Below, piece by piece: positions 44,391 through 57,021 of a stretch of DNA of 64,000 nt (positions are counted from its first letter, which is position 1; every line of letters begins with the position of its first letter). Source of the DNA: Paraspadella gotoi. Lineage: Eukaryota > Animalia > Chaetognatha. The stretch is taken from the NCBI GenBank assembly GCA_051294375.1, contig CM119268.1, positions 16,307,986 through 16,371,985 on the forward strand, in the 5' to 3' direction. Under the pieces are notes generated by a model. That model saw only the letters and a program-made list of their open reading frames with translations, ran no database searches and was not told the DNA's origin. Both the position numbers and the translations under genes were made by a program.

Positions 44391-44760
44391 CTGAATTTGA
44401 AGGGTCGGGAATCGAATATTTAAATTACTAAATACCTGAAATGTGTTTTTTTAGCATTATTGTTTAAATTAAAAATCGTTGACACAGACGCAAGTTTCAT
44501 CCTTGTCACATTATATCTAGACATATTTTAGGTATTATCAATGAGAAAACATATTAATTAAATGTTAATAATGACAATTATCCAAATTTAACCTGGTGCC
44601 AACCATACCTGTTACTCAGCCTCTTACTCACCCTTAACCTTAATAAAAATTGTTCCTTTTAAAACTAAACCTTAGAGCCAACGTCCTCACTCAACTTACT
44701 CGGGATGGCCTATCCAAAAATTTCCAACGACTCGAGACCCTCGACATTCAGCCAACTCAC

Positions 44761-44980
44761 CGCCCACGTTGAGCCTGTACGCCTGGTACATCTCCTTGAT
44801 CCGCCTGTATCGAAAGGCGAGTTTCCGCATCCAATCGACGCCGCCCCTGACGCCGGTGGCCAGGCAGAGTCCGGCGTTGGTCGCGGCGGCGTGGAATCCG
44901 TCGCCGGCGAAGTTGTAACCCGTCAAGTCTTGGCCGTTGTCGTCGGAGGAGACGTCGTCGATGTGCACTTGATCGCATTC
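44761..44980 (-). CDS. eya: eya exon 7 ([24 protein letters not shown]...[31 protein letters not shown])
   Basis: Highly conserved EYA segment, overlaps ORF 44696..44968. G|gtgagt donor, phase 0->1. Confidence 0.97.
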
Positions 44981-45182
44981 CTTTTTTTTTAAGGGGAGAG
45001 TGACATGGGGGTTTATTTGCTCTCATGTCTCAAAGTCAAATTATGAAATTTAAAAATATGTAATCTTAATATTTCGAATTTAAACTCTTTGTCTGCATTC
45101 GTTAACGTTTACGTGGCATTCCTTTTGACCTTATTATTGTTATTGTTTTATGATCATTTTTGTGATTATGATGAACGCGTTC

Positions 45183-45222
<40 letters not shown>

Positions 45223-45237
45223 GTATATATATATGTA

Positions 45238-45430
45238 CATTAGAGTGAGGTGAAAATAACAAAATTTTATAAAATTAAAATTTGTTATATAAAACATGAA
45301 AATAAAAACAATTAAAAATACTTTGTTGAATTTATTTTTTAATTTCTTGTATTGTGGGCACCAGTGAGCTATATTTATATATAGTAATAAGCATATAAAT
45401 TTTTTTTTAAACTTTCACTTCACCCTAATG
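45238..45430. mobile_element. MITE (~193 bp) with ~18-bp TIRs and TA target-site duplication (Tc1/mariner-type)
   Basis: ta|cattagagtgaggtgaaa ... tttcacttcaccctaatg|ta, at the end of a (TA)n tract in the eya intron between exons 6 and 7. Confidence 0.7.
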
Positions 45431-45529
45431 TACTTATTATCGCAGGAGCTCTATCAAAGTATTCCAATCGGAAAAAAAAAATATTTAGCTGGACACCCGC
45501 AAGAATTTAATTAAATATCATAATATTCA

Positions 45530-45625
<96 letters not shown>

Positions 45626-45871
45626 CTAGAAACAAAAGGCAACATTGTTGTTACGTCGATTGTGCAATTTCAAAGGATTTCGCCCGCATTATAATGAATT
45701 AGAAAAAGACGGGCTGATGTTTAAATTTGCTAGAGGCTAAGAAAGATAAATCTGAGATATAAATAGATATGTCGGAAGACAAGTACGTAATGAGACGAGC
45801 AAAAATTAAAACGCACGGATCATCGTATCAGACGTACTGATTCAAATCAGCCATCCGATCCTACTGCTCAC

Positions 45872-46008
45872 CTTTCCGTATCTCTGAGCAAAGGTTCCCG
45901 TGAGAAGAGAATGAAAGATGATGATGGTTTCGTCGAGATCCCAGACAAAGACTCTCTCCATCCCGTTGTCGTCCGCCGGAGACGCCGGCCGCCGCTTTCG
46001 CGCTTTGC
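45872..46008 (-). CDS. eya: eya exon 5 ([46 protein letters not shown]), start of EYA domain, HAD motif I
   Basis: Contains [21 protein letters not shown]. ctatag acceptor, AAG|gtgagc donor. Confidence 0.97.
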
Positions 46009-46099
46009 CTATAGGGTTTAATCAAGTATACGATTTGTATATATATATATAATAATTGAAATATTATACCACTTCATTGATAGGGAAGCCAGGAACTCT

Positions 46100-46266
46100 G
46101 GGAGTGAATAAACGAGACTGTGAGAGAGTCTTGATTGAAAGCTTGCAGGGACCTGCTATGTCATTATCTTGTAAGAGTGATGGAGGCCTTAAACCACCAA
46201 AGCCTGTCCAAAGTCAGGGGCAAGATGGCTTATTTATTAAATGAATGGATAATTTTTATATTGGTT
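46100..46266 (+). repeat. Dispersed ~165-bp repeat, copy 2 (eya intron 4)
   Basis: Diverged colinear copy of 37883-38049. Confidence 0.8.
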
Positions 46267-46461
46267 GTACCAATTTCATATGAATACAAGCAAAAAAAAA
46301 TATTGAAATCTAACAAAATAGCGGATATAATTTTATTCCTCTTTTATACAATAATTTTATTTTTTGTTTTTACATTTATAAAACCGAGCACTAAGAAATG
46401 AAATTGATTCGAAAATAAAAATTAAAATATAACATAAAGATTAACAACAAAATATACTCAC

Positions 46462-46554
46462 TCTGTGTTCCGTTGTTTTTGACGGCATCTTTTGGTTCAG
46501 CAGACGGGTCTGGAGATGGAGTTGACGCCGGGATTGTCGGAGTGAATTCTCTTT
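46462..46554 (-). CDS. eya: eya exon 4 (EREFTPTIPASTPSPDPSAEPKDAVKNNGTQ)
   Basis: ttttgtttcag acceptor and A|gtgagt donor, phase 1->1. In frame with both neighbours. Confidence 0.85.
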
Positions 46555-46671
46555 CTGAAACAAAATAGCACTTTGAGTTGAGAAAGCGAGAGAGACAGAG
46601 GAAGTGAAACAGTGGAGAAGAGAGAGAGAGAAAGAAAGAGAGTGAGTGAGTGAGTGAGAGAAAGAGAGAGC

Positions 46672-46711
<40 letters not shown>

Positions 46712-46736
46712 TTTCTTCTCGTATTCCCGGGCGCAC

Positions 46737-46838
46737 CGAGCGAGGGAGGTACGTGGGCGAGTTGGTAAGTTTGGGTCGAGGGCGGGCAACCGGGACTCGA
46801 GCTTCCCGGGGTCAGAGTGCCCGGAGCTGGCGACGCTC
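46737..46838 (-). CDS. eya: eya exon 3 (GASPAPGTLTPGSSSPGCPPSTQTYQLAHVPPSL)
   Basis: ttctcttcag acceptor and G|gtgcgc donor, phase 1->1. Pro/Ser/Thr-rich with a TYQL motif as seen in EYA proteins. Confidence 0.85.
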
Positions 46839-47199
46839 CTGAAGAGAACGAATAGAAATAATCTCTTAATAAGTATTTTTAAAAATGGTATAAAATCTCT
46901 AATACGTCTTTTAGCGAAACAAAAATCGACAAATTGTTACCTTTAATTTGATGACAAAGTTTGAGGCACAATTATTTAATAGTAATTTAATAAATAATAA
47001 TAATAATAATAATAATAATANNNNNNNNNNTAATAATAATAATAATAATAATAATAATATAAAATTACGTGAAACCACCTTTTAATACGAAATTCTTTAT
47101 TTCAATTTTACATATTTATTCGGAATAGGATGAAAATTTTCACACCAACATTTTACAGTATAAACTCTCCTGCCAAATACAGTAACAGTCTTAACTTAC

Positions 47200-47284
47200 C
47201 TTGGTGGGGATGATGTGGGTAATAAGGATAACCGGAAGAAGCGGATCCACCGTAGGCGCCATAAGCGTAGTCTGCCAGGGATCC
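47200..47284 (-). CDS. eya: eya exon 2 (GSLADYAYGAYGGSASSGYPYYPHHPHQ)
   Basis: tttcctttag acceptor and G|gtaagt donor, phase 0->1. Tyr/Gly/Ser-rich like the EYA N-terminal region. Confidence 0.85.
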
Positions 47285-47408
47285 CTAAAGGAAAAGAAAG
47301 AAGCATTAATTCAATAACAATATTGATTATTTGAGTAGAACAAAGATTTCTCTTTCGTCGTTGATTTTGTCGAAGTTTTAAAAGAATATAAATTATTTGT
47401 AATATCAC

Positions 47409-48175
47409 TTTTTTAGTCGGATCTGCTTTCAGCAGATCCCGACTCTATAATTCACTTTGTCGGTCCGTCTGTCCGCCACCTCAATTTTGTCGGGCATTCA
47501 CATATATCATGTCAGAATATCGAATTATGATAAATTATGCAAAAAAAACGATGTCCATCCGTCTGTCTGTCCCACCTTAGCAAAAAACTCCAATTACTCC
47601 AGATTGGATGGATTGGAATGAAATTTTGTGTGTAGGTAGGGAAGTGTGTGATAGAGTTGGATATGGAAATGGAGTGGAAATGAGTTTAAATGGAAAAAAC
47701 AAAAAACTGTTTCACTAATTGATTATGCTTCTGTTTCTATTTATAATAAATGTAAATGTAATATGTATTAATTAATCAAATAATTAATCAGTTAATTAAT
47801 CAATTAATTAATTAATATATAAATAATTAATTAATCGATAAATTAATCAATCAATTAATTATTCAATAAAAAAATTTATTTAGTTATCTATTAATTAATT
47901 ATTCAATAAATCAATTTATTTATAAATTAATTAATTATTTTATCAATTAATCAATCAATCAAGTCAATCTTTATCGGCATTATTGTCGTCATCGTCGTCG
48001 TTGGTTTTGCCGTGGTAAGTGACGAAAAGACCTAAAAACAAACATTTCGGATCAAATTAATTAATTTATTAATTAAATTATTAATTTAGTTTATATAATA
48101 TGTAGTTTGTTAATTAATCAATTAATTACCGGTAATGATCGTTGGCAGATCCGACATTGTTTGCTCAAACTTGTT
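47409..48175 (+). mobile_element. Helentron-associated interspersed element (HINE / DINE-1-like), non-autonomous, in eya intron 1
   Basis: T-run, 5' subterminal repeat gtcggatctgc (47416-47426), its nearby inverted copy gcagatcccgac (47432-47443), (GTCY)n-like tracts, 3' inverted copy gcagatccgac (48145-48155), short hairpin gtttg-ct-caaac, then ttgttt. Confidence 0.8.
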
Positions 48176-49113
48176 TACTTTCTTAATGTTCAACTCCATT
48201 GCATAGTATAACTCAAGTACTTAGTATATAAATGATCTTTTGGATCCTGACAGCTAACAACTTCTCTCTTCGACTATTGCTATTTCCATAAAAGAAAATG
48301 TACAAAAGGCCATAGTTTAAACAACAAACAATCCTAACTCGACCACAAAACCTTTTTTTTTTCTTCCAAGCCATAGATAAACGGCACTATCTAAGGGTTC
48401 CCCACACATTTACTCTCTAACAACAATGAATTCTCGAGAATATTTTTAGGAGATCGCAAATATTTGGACAAAGGAGGATCAGAAATTTCGGGTCTGCCTC
48501 GTCTTTGGGAAGGCGAGTCATAACGGGGAAAGTTTGAGGTAAGGTGAGGCGAGGTAAAGTGAAGTGACGAGTACGTTAGAAGTGAGAGGAAATTATATGA
48601 TAAAGAAGGTAATATGGGTGATCGGGTGATCCAGAGAGCTGAGTTAACAGGTTGGATGGTAAATGGCATATATGTGCCTAATATGCAGCATGTTCGTTAA
48701 GTAAAACCACTTATTGTTAGCTCTTCAATAAAGGAAATGTTAGATTCTAGGTAAATCTGAAAACAACGTAAGGCTTTTCTCATTGGTTACTATTAACCGA
48801 GGACGAGACTGGCTTGAAATTAACTATTAACATCTTCGTTTTTAGTGGAAGACAGAACATTAAAAAGCTCTGCCGAAAATCAGATCATTATCTTAACAAA
48901 TTCATTCGTTTGAAAACAAAATCATCATTTCTGTCTTTATTCCTTTTCAAAGAATAAAACCTAATTTTTTTTTTCGTCTGCATCTTTTCATGTTTTTCCC
49001 TCTTCTTTCTTATTTTCCCTTTTGACTGCAGTTGAACTCAAATTTTCTGTCCCGGTAGTGGTGGCAGTTCAAATATCACAACAACTGGGAACCTGAGAAC
49101 CAGCGGATTCTGA

Positions 49114-49147
<34 letters not shown>

Positions 49148-49179
49148 ATCTCAGTCTCCTCTCATCATCGTCGTCCTGT

Positions 49180-49227
<48 letters not shown>

Positions 49228-49379
49228 GGCGGATTTTCCAGCCCCTTTTTAACTCGGCGGTGCATCGTCGTCCCCCTCTGCCTCAGCCGCCGCGGCATCC
49301 GCCGAGCCCCTCACCAAATTATGGTTCGGAATCTCGGCGGAGACTCGAGTCTGGAAAAAGATGATAATATCGCGGAAAA

Positions 49380-49463
<84 letters not shown>

Positions 49464-49713
49464 GGGAACGCAGAGGACGACGAAGAGGAAGCAAAGGAGG
49501 GGCGACCAACCGCGGCGTCACTTAGGAGCGGAGGTAAATAAATTTCCACCTCCGGACAAAATCGATACACAAACATCAATTTCGGTAAAGCCTTCCATCA
49601 GTCCGTCCGAACATCCGTCCGTCCGTTCATCTATCGATTCTTTGCCAACCACGTTTTTAATGAGATGCTGATACCCTTTTTACCTCCCGGAGAACTCGCG
49701 AGAACAAAAATAA

Positions 49714-49886
49714 AGCTGAGAAATTTTAACGTATGTTGTGCGACAAAATACGACGATGGCATATTGGAAGTATAAATAGAAACGAAAGCAGCAAATCACT
49801 TAATACATCCAAAATGATTTGCTGCTTTCGTTTCTATTTATACTTCCAATATGCCATCGCACAACATACGTTAAAATTTCTTAGCT
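49714..49886. repeat. Long foldback hairpin in eya intron 1
   Basis: 49754-49798 is the exact reverse complement of 49815-49859 (16-nt loop). The stem extends ~27 bp further after a 13-nt bulge, with one mismatch. Confidence 0.9.
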
Positions 49887-50319
49887 TTTTTTTGTTGAAG
49901 TTCAAGTAAACTTTTACCCACTAGCAATGAATTATGTGTTTAAAAAAAAGATAAAAAAAAGACGATAACTTTATTAGAAACTGCGCGTGAAACCTTTGAC
50001 GAAATTACAGTACCTCCTATGCCTGTTAGACGTCATGAATATATCGTGACTTAATATCACTCCCCTTTGAAGGGAAGTTGCATGAGCGTGCAAAATCGTG
50101 ACGGTTTGGCCTCATTAAGTACAGGGGCCAGCCTCGCTTTCAAAAAGGATTGACTGACTCTTTTCTGAAAAACTGTGTTATCAGTATGTGCAAAATTTCG
50201 TAACAATAGCTGAGGATTAACAGATTAATTGAATAACACTAAAAACTGAAAACCTCAAATATGTAAGAATTGTTCAATCAAAAAGTATAAGTTTAATTGA
50301 AAAGACTACTACCCTTTTT

Positions 50320-50341
50320 CAGAAAATAGTAAAGTTCTAGT

Positions 50342-50375
<34 letters not shown>

Positions 50376-50544
50376 TCTATTTCTCTCTCAAACCGTACGT
50401 CATTTTTGCTTCAAACCCCTTTTTTTCGAAAAATTTAAAAATCCGTGTTTCTCACGTAAATTGTCTCCGCAGAAATAGAAAAACAAACAAATTTTTCACG
50501 TCCCGTGCATATGAGAGAGGAAGAGAGAGAGAGGCGAAGAGGAG

Positions 50545-50617
<73 letters not shown>

Positions 50618-50637
50618 TAGAACTTTACTATTTTCTG
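50320..50637. repeat. Foldback element: terminal inverted repeat cagaaaatagtaaagttctagtt plus internal (CT)n/(GA)n arms
   Basis: The left end cagaaaatagtaaagttctagttctctct is the exact reverse complement of the right end agagagaactagaactttactattttctg. Confidence 0.8.
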
Positions 50638-51106
50638 TTTCTTTTCTCCTGCTTTTTGAATTTCCTTAGGGATTTAACAAAAACGTCGACTATAAATGTT
50701 TTTTTAAATTTTTTCTCAACATAGTCAGAAAGTACATTACTTCTAAATTCAGTACGTTAAACTCTCATACCTCGGAACCGAATTGCATAATATTTACTCT
50801 TTTTCATAAAATCTCTCAAAGGTTTATATTTAAATTTGGACACTCAATTAACTATGATTATACTCACTAGTCACTAAACTTAAAAATCACACCACTCAAC
50901 AAAAACGGGACAGAAAAAAAAAAGAAAACAATCCTGCCTGCTGGAAAAACAAGTTAATATCACTTTGACGAATAGAATTAAAACAAACATCGTATGAAAG
51001 AACACATGCGAGAAAGTATAAGGGGGACATTTTTAAGATCCGAAAGGAAAAACAAATCCTGGCAAAATTTTTAAAACGTTCACTTCCTTTCTTTACTTCT
51101 TTTAAA

Positions 51107-51162
<56 letters not shown>

Positions 51163-51439
51163 ATACAAACTTAAGTATTTGAAAAATAAAAACATTAAAA
51201 AGACTAGAATTGTGTTATTACATGAATATTTATTAAAATTACGTTTTGAAATTGAAACAAACAAATAGTCAAGGACTTAATCTATTTATTAATTCAATTT
51301 CCGACACTTTTGTGATTTTGTATTCATTAATGAAATNNNNNNNNNNTAAATGACTTAATCTATTTATTAATTCAATTTCCGAAACTTTTGTGATTTTTTA
51401 TTCATTAATGAAATTTAGTATTTAAGTCACTACTAATTT

Positions 51440-51462
51440 TATTATTATTATTATTATTATTA

Positions 51463-51543
<81 letters not shown>

Positions 51544-51545
51544 CT
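51440..51545. repeat. (TTA)n microsatellite (also (TAA)n at ~46990-47060)
   Basis: Directly visible. Confidence 0.9.
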
Positions 51546-51740
51546 AATATTATAATTTCTATTATTACCCTCATTTTTAGATATGATATTAGATATTGAT
51601 TTTACAAAGTTAAATATGTTTTTCTGTATTACTTTATTACTGAAATAAAAATATATAATTTTGTGATTTTTTTTTAATTTTAAAAAAATTTTGAGAGCCT
51701 TGTAATAGATAACTTATTATTCCATTATTTTCTTCCTTAC

Positions 51741-51977
51741 CTGCTGCCCTCCAGCGAAGGCCGCCTGAGCGGCCGGCGCCGTCGCCGCCACGAATCCCGC
51801 AGCCGCTGCGGTGGCGCCGTACGATGCTGAGGCAGCGCCCGGCGCCATGGCGGCGTGGTTGTTGTGGAGAGGGTGGTTGTGGTGGTTGTGGTGGCGCGGG
51901 TAGTGGAGCTCGGGCGCCATGGCGTGGGGAGGAGCGGCGGCGGCCGCGTGGGGCGAGAAAAACGGAGACAAAAACAT
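51741..51977 (-). CDS. eya: eya putative first coding exon (MFLSPFFSPHAAAAAPPHAMAPELHYPRHH...AAFAGGQQ)
   Basis: GC-rich His/Ala-rich ORF ending at a CAG|gtaagg phase-0 donor that matches the next exon. No acceptor AG lies near the ATG. The start could instead be the downstream Met (MAPELHY). Confidence 0.7.
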
Positions 51978-52582
51978 CGTTTCGTTTCCTTGTTTTGTTT
52001 TGTTTTGGTTTTCGATTTTCTTCGTCGTTTTTTTTTTTAATTACTTTTACGGTTGTTCGTTTTTTTGCAGGGAATCCTGAGATCGTTCCCTTTTAATTTT
52101 CACAACAGCTTATGTAGTTACCTCCATAATTATTTTTAATATTTAATATTATTCTCGATTATGTTCATATATGTTCTTATTTTTTCGCGCAAATTTGCAA
52201 TTTTTTCTTTGCGTCGCGTCGCCTTTCGCTTTCATCGATGACGACGATGAAGACGACGATGAAGACGACGTCAGGAACGACGTCGCCGACGACGACGCCG
52301 ACGATATGGACTGAGACCGCGCAGTTGAAATCTCTCGATTCCTTCGGTTTTTTTTTTAATTTATATTTGGTCTTTTCTATTTGCCGGATCTTTACAGATG
52401 ATCGCTTTATATATTATTAAGCTTTTGTCCGTTCAACGAAACAGACAGTTCGTCGTCGCCGAGTTCGTCGTCGTCATCGTCGTCGCCCTTTCGTCGGGGT
52501 CTCTCGTCGACGAGCCAAAGTGTGAACGCATCTTGTGATTGTGTCTCACAGTCTTCGAGTGTGATTCGTCGCTGGGAGCGAG

Positions 52583-52645
<63 letters not shown>

Positions 52646-54159
52646 GGGGAAAAAGGTTTTAATACTTTGATAAAAAAGGCGTTTTGTTTATTTTCGGTTC
52701 CCTGGGAGGAGGAGGGGGAAGGAGGAGGAAGAGGAGGAAGAAGAAGAAGGCGAGATAAAAATCTGGCAGGAACAAAAGGACCTCCTTCTTCAAGGGCGAC
52801 CAAAATTTTTAGATGACATTTACAGAGGTCTTTCTTGAAAAATTCGTCTCCCCCTTTCTCCCATTCTTTCACCAAACAAAACTTCCTCACATTTGGTGAG
52901 ACTGATGAGATGTAATATTTCCCAAAAGAATATTTTCCAGGTCACAAATATTTCACGTCTCAACCGTGAGAGAGGAGGGGCGCAACTGCCATTCCCTGCC
53001 CCCTTGCCACCAGAATGCCACACTACACGTAAACTATGCCACTAAACACCTGCCAATTTCACAGTTTAGGTGTGGTTTCAATTCTTGCAGCGATTTAAAA
53101 TTTATTCATTTATCAATTTATTTAATTATTAATTTCCAAACGTTTCATGCTCATATGAGTTTTTTCGTAAAATTACCGTCCGCCAAATATAATCGAACGG
53201 GTTCCTATAATCACTCTGTCTCAATGATCTTAATCATTACGTGTTCAACAATTAATAATCACCCAGTCCTCCACTCAAAAAATAAAGAGGGAACTGACGA
53301 TTGACTTTCAATTTTATCGCTTTATTTGTGAAAATTTAAATTGAAGGGATTTAAAAAGGAGTGACTCAATGGAGAGAAAATGTTTTTGGCGCTCTCTCTC
53401 TCTCTCTCTCTGTTTTGACTCGGCTAAGAAACTGAAAGGGAAATTAATGGAATCGCCGAATCCTCTTTTCGAGGTTGTTCCTCCTCTTCTAACGCCGCGA
53501 GGCCGAGCTCTTACTCTTTTTTTTTCCAGATCCTACATTCTCCAGTCTCTCGAATCTTTTTTTTTCTTTGGGTTTTCCCACTCCTTAACTCCTCTTCTTA
53601 TCCTCTTTCTTGCTTTCAGGTCTCTTTTCTCTCAGCTTTTCTTCAACTTACCTCGGGTCTTCATCCGCTCTTAACTCTCTTTTTACTAGTTTTAAACTGA
53701 ACTCATCTCCTCAGCTTCTTTCATGATTCTAATTTTCCTTTTTGTGATTCCTTTAAATCACTTCTCTATGTCATGATAATCCCAATAACTGTCCTACACA
53801 AGGTCATATATATTCATAACAATAATTTTTACCCAGTCCTGAGTCCTGACCATCCCAATACAAACCCTTTGTTTTTCTGTTTCTTTGTGCAAATATATAA
53901 ATCCAGTTCGTTCCACCCGTTTCCAAAACTCAAGTCTCATTACCTCCCTACAACCACCCTCACAGCTCGTTGTTCTTCACGTCCACCACCCCGATTCATC
54001 CCCTAACCCGATCATAATCGGCTCTACCTAATTTCCGAACCGATACATAACCCCAACTCCCCACTTTTTCAGCGAATATCTCAGGCCCTGCGGCGAGGAA
54101 GGATCCTTCAGGAGATTTTAAAGAAATTCTCCAGCGACGGGGGTGTGTATCTATAAGGA

Positions 54160-54243
<84 letters not shown>

Positions 54244-54457
54244 AGAAAAGAAAACAGTTGACGATAGAATAAGAAGAACGCTTATTAATTCATAAAAAAA
54301 ATTGATCAAAAATTTAAGAAACTTAGATTAAAATCGAAAGATGAACCAATAAATCAGATATTAAACAGAAGCAAGGTCTTAATTTATATGTATAACAGTT
54401 TAAAACGTGCAAAATCAATTTAGTCTTTTATTTCAGTTATTTCACAGAATCCCGACC

Positions 54458-54651
54458 GATTGAGAAAAAAGTTGGAATTGGAATCAACAACGATTTATTT
54501 TAAAATAGTGGAAATGTTTAGAATTTAATTCAAGTCTCATCAGCACTTGCTTCATCAGCCCTTGCTGATGAAGACTTAAATTAAAGTAGAAACACGTCCA
54601 CTATTTTAAAATAAATCGTTGTTGAATCCAATTCAAACTTTATTCTCAATC
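54458..54651. mobile_element. Inverted pair of degenerate minimal hammerhead-ribozyme motifs, probable Penelope-like retroelement pLTR remnant
   Basis: Imperfect inverted repeat with ~87-bp arms. Plus arm: CTGATGA-agactt/aaatt/aaagta-GAAACacGTCcact. Minus arm: agtg-CTGATGA-gacttgaattaaattc-TAAACatttc-cact. Confidence 0.55.
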
Positions 54652-57021
54652 CAAAACAACGAAAAGAAAGGATTTTACACAAAAAAAATATTAAGAAAAA
54701 ATTATTTTCCAGTTCCATTATAATCGAAGGAGCAATGGAATTTGGATCCTCGTTATTGGAATGACCCATTTGACCCAAAAGACTCGACCCTCCCCCGCTT
54801 GCTTGATCGTGCTAACAATCCTAATTTGCACGAAAAAAATACAACTAAATCGTTTATCATTATCGGTTTATATTTAAAACATAAGAACGTTTGTTTAATA
54901 TTGTTTTCCTAATTCTAAAATAAGATGTAGCTATTGCTGAATATTTGACGAAAGGTACATTCATATATTGCTATTTTTTCTGGGCATTTTGAATATTGTT
55001 TGGATGGAATAATTGCTGGGTGGAGAGTGTTTTCTAATTAGGGGAATTTAAATTTCGATTTAAAAATGAAATATGAGCGGAACATCGCAAACTTTTTCTG
55101 ATGTAACTGAAAGGGAAGTGGCCTAACGAAAAGAAAGCTCACAATAGATTTGATTTGAGTTACATTTGATATGATTCTTTACTTATGACGAAGAATAAAA
55201 GAATGCAACTGAGGAGAAATCACTTAATTGACCTCACACCCAAAAGCCGAAGGGTATTAATGATTTTAACTTTTTTTTCATTTTTTGGAGGTTTTCCCCT
55301 TTTTACTTTATTATTTTCATTTTTTATTATTTCTATTTTTTTTATAAAAACTGTCAAACTGTCACGATAAAAAAAAAAGGCCAATCCACCAAATGTTAGC
55401 TTCCCGCAGTTTCAAGCAAATGTTATTGTTATTTTGTTATGATTTTTCGACAATATTTCAAACACTTACGTCCTACAATAAAAACTTAATTTACTTGACA
55501 GCGACTTATCAAACTAGTATTATAATTATCTAAAAAAATGCTGGCAAAAAAGGTTGAAAGCTCGATAAAAAATAACAAAAAATTATAAAGAATGAGTTTA
55601 TTAGTAGTTTCTTACTTACGTTCTCTTCTTGTTAAATTTGGTTCAAGATAATGCTTTAAGTAGTATTATGATTTTGAAAAAAAAACCTATAATATGTGAA
55701 TCAAACCCAATATATAGGTTATAATCGGCGAAAAATAGACGAGGAGTAAAATTCGTATTAATTATTGAAATTATAAGTTTCATTAGTCAAATAATTTTGG
55801 AAATTAATATTTAATTTTAGAGAGTGCTTTATTTGTCGAAGCTGCATAGATTTGGACCTAATTTTGCAGGGAAGTTTCTTCGCCGAAAGAGCGCCATTTT
55901 TTCATTGTGCGAGAGAGAGAGAGAGAGNNNNNNNNNNNNNNNNNNNNNNNNNNNNNNNNNNNNNNNNNNNNNNNNNNNNNNNNNNNNNNNNNNNNNNNNN
56001 NNNNNNNNNNNNNNNNNNNNNNNNNNNNNNNNNNNNNNNNNNNNNNNAGAGAGAGAGATGAATGGATTTAAGGCCAGAAAAAAAAATTCGAAATTCGATT
56101 TCGCCGTTTTATTTTTATTTTTATTTTTTTTATTTTTTTGGTGACCGAAAACTGAATAGGGGAAAATTGGTCGGATGACGACGACGACAAATTAAGCGAA
56201 GCGAAGGATAGAAAGAAAGAGAAAAAGTGCAAGAGAAAAAGAGCGCACTCGACGGCTTCACGGAAACTAATGGGAGGAGGAAGAGCAACGTCGGGACGAC
56301 CGAGGGCGCGTGAGATCGAGAGGATGAGTGAGGATCGAGCGAGGTTTCGCGAATAGGAGGCGGAAGAGGAGGATGGAAGAGGAAATAAGCGACGCTTTAC
56401 GAGATATCGCGTGATAAAAATCGAGAGGAGAGAAATTCCTCCAAAATGGGGGTTAATGCGACTAAATGGAGAAACGGTGCAGAAAAACGCGCGGTTGTAG
56501 AATGTGTTCATCGAGTATTTGGTTTGAGACGATTTAACTGATGCCAAAAAATGTGAGAGAAAGTACTTATTAAATAGATTAAAGCTAAGTGAATTTGAAA
56601 GGAGGATAAATAAATGAATACATGAGTAAATAAATAAATAAATAAGCAAGCTTCAATCTAAAATACTTAAAGGAAATGGATATTGTAACTCAAAAATAGG
56701 TCTCTAACAAAACAATGTATGGAGGTAACATGCAACGCAGTCGCTGAAGTTGATGGAAGAGATATTGATGGAGACGCTCCATCAAATGTCGATATTCTGA
56801 GCGAAAAAAAAAATAGGATTGAAAAAAAAATATAGAAGAGATAAGATTTACAGGATTCTCTCGAGCTGCTTTCAATCTTCGTTCAAATCGTTTTGTTCGG
56901 GTGAAAAGAGTTGATGACAAAGAAGCAACCTGCGTCAGTGGAATTGATGAAAAGAACGAGAAGAAGAGAGAAAGAGAGAGAGAGAGAGAGGAGAGAGAGG
57001 AGAGGAGAGAGAGAGAGAGAG

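Noticed and set aside
51273-51415. ~63-bp direct repeat
   Set aside because: Flanks a 10-N gap; typical contig-end overlap or haplotype duplication.
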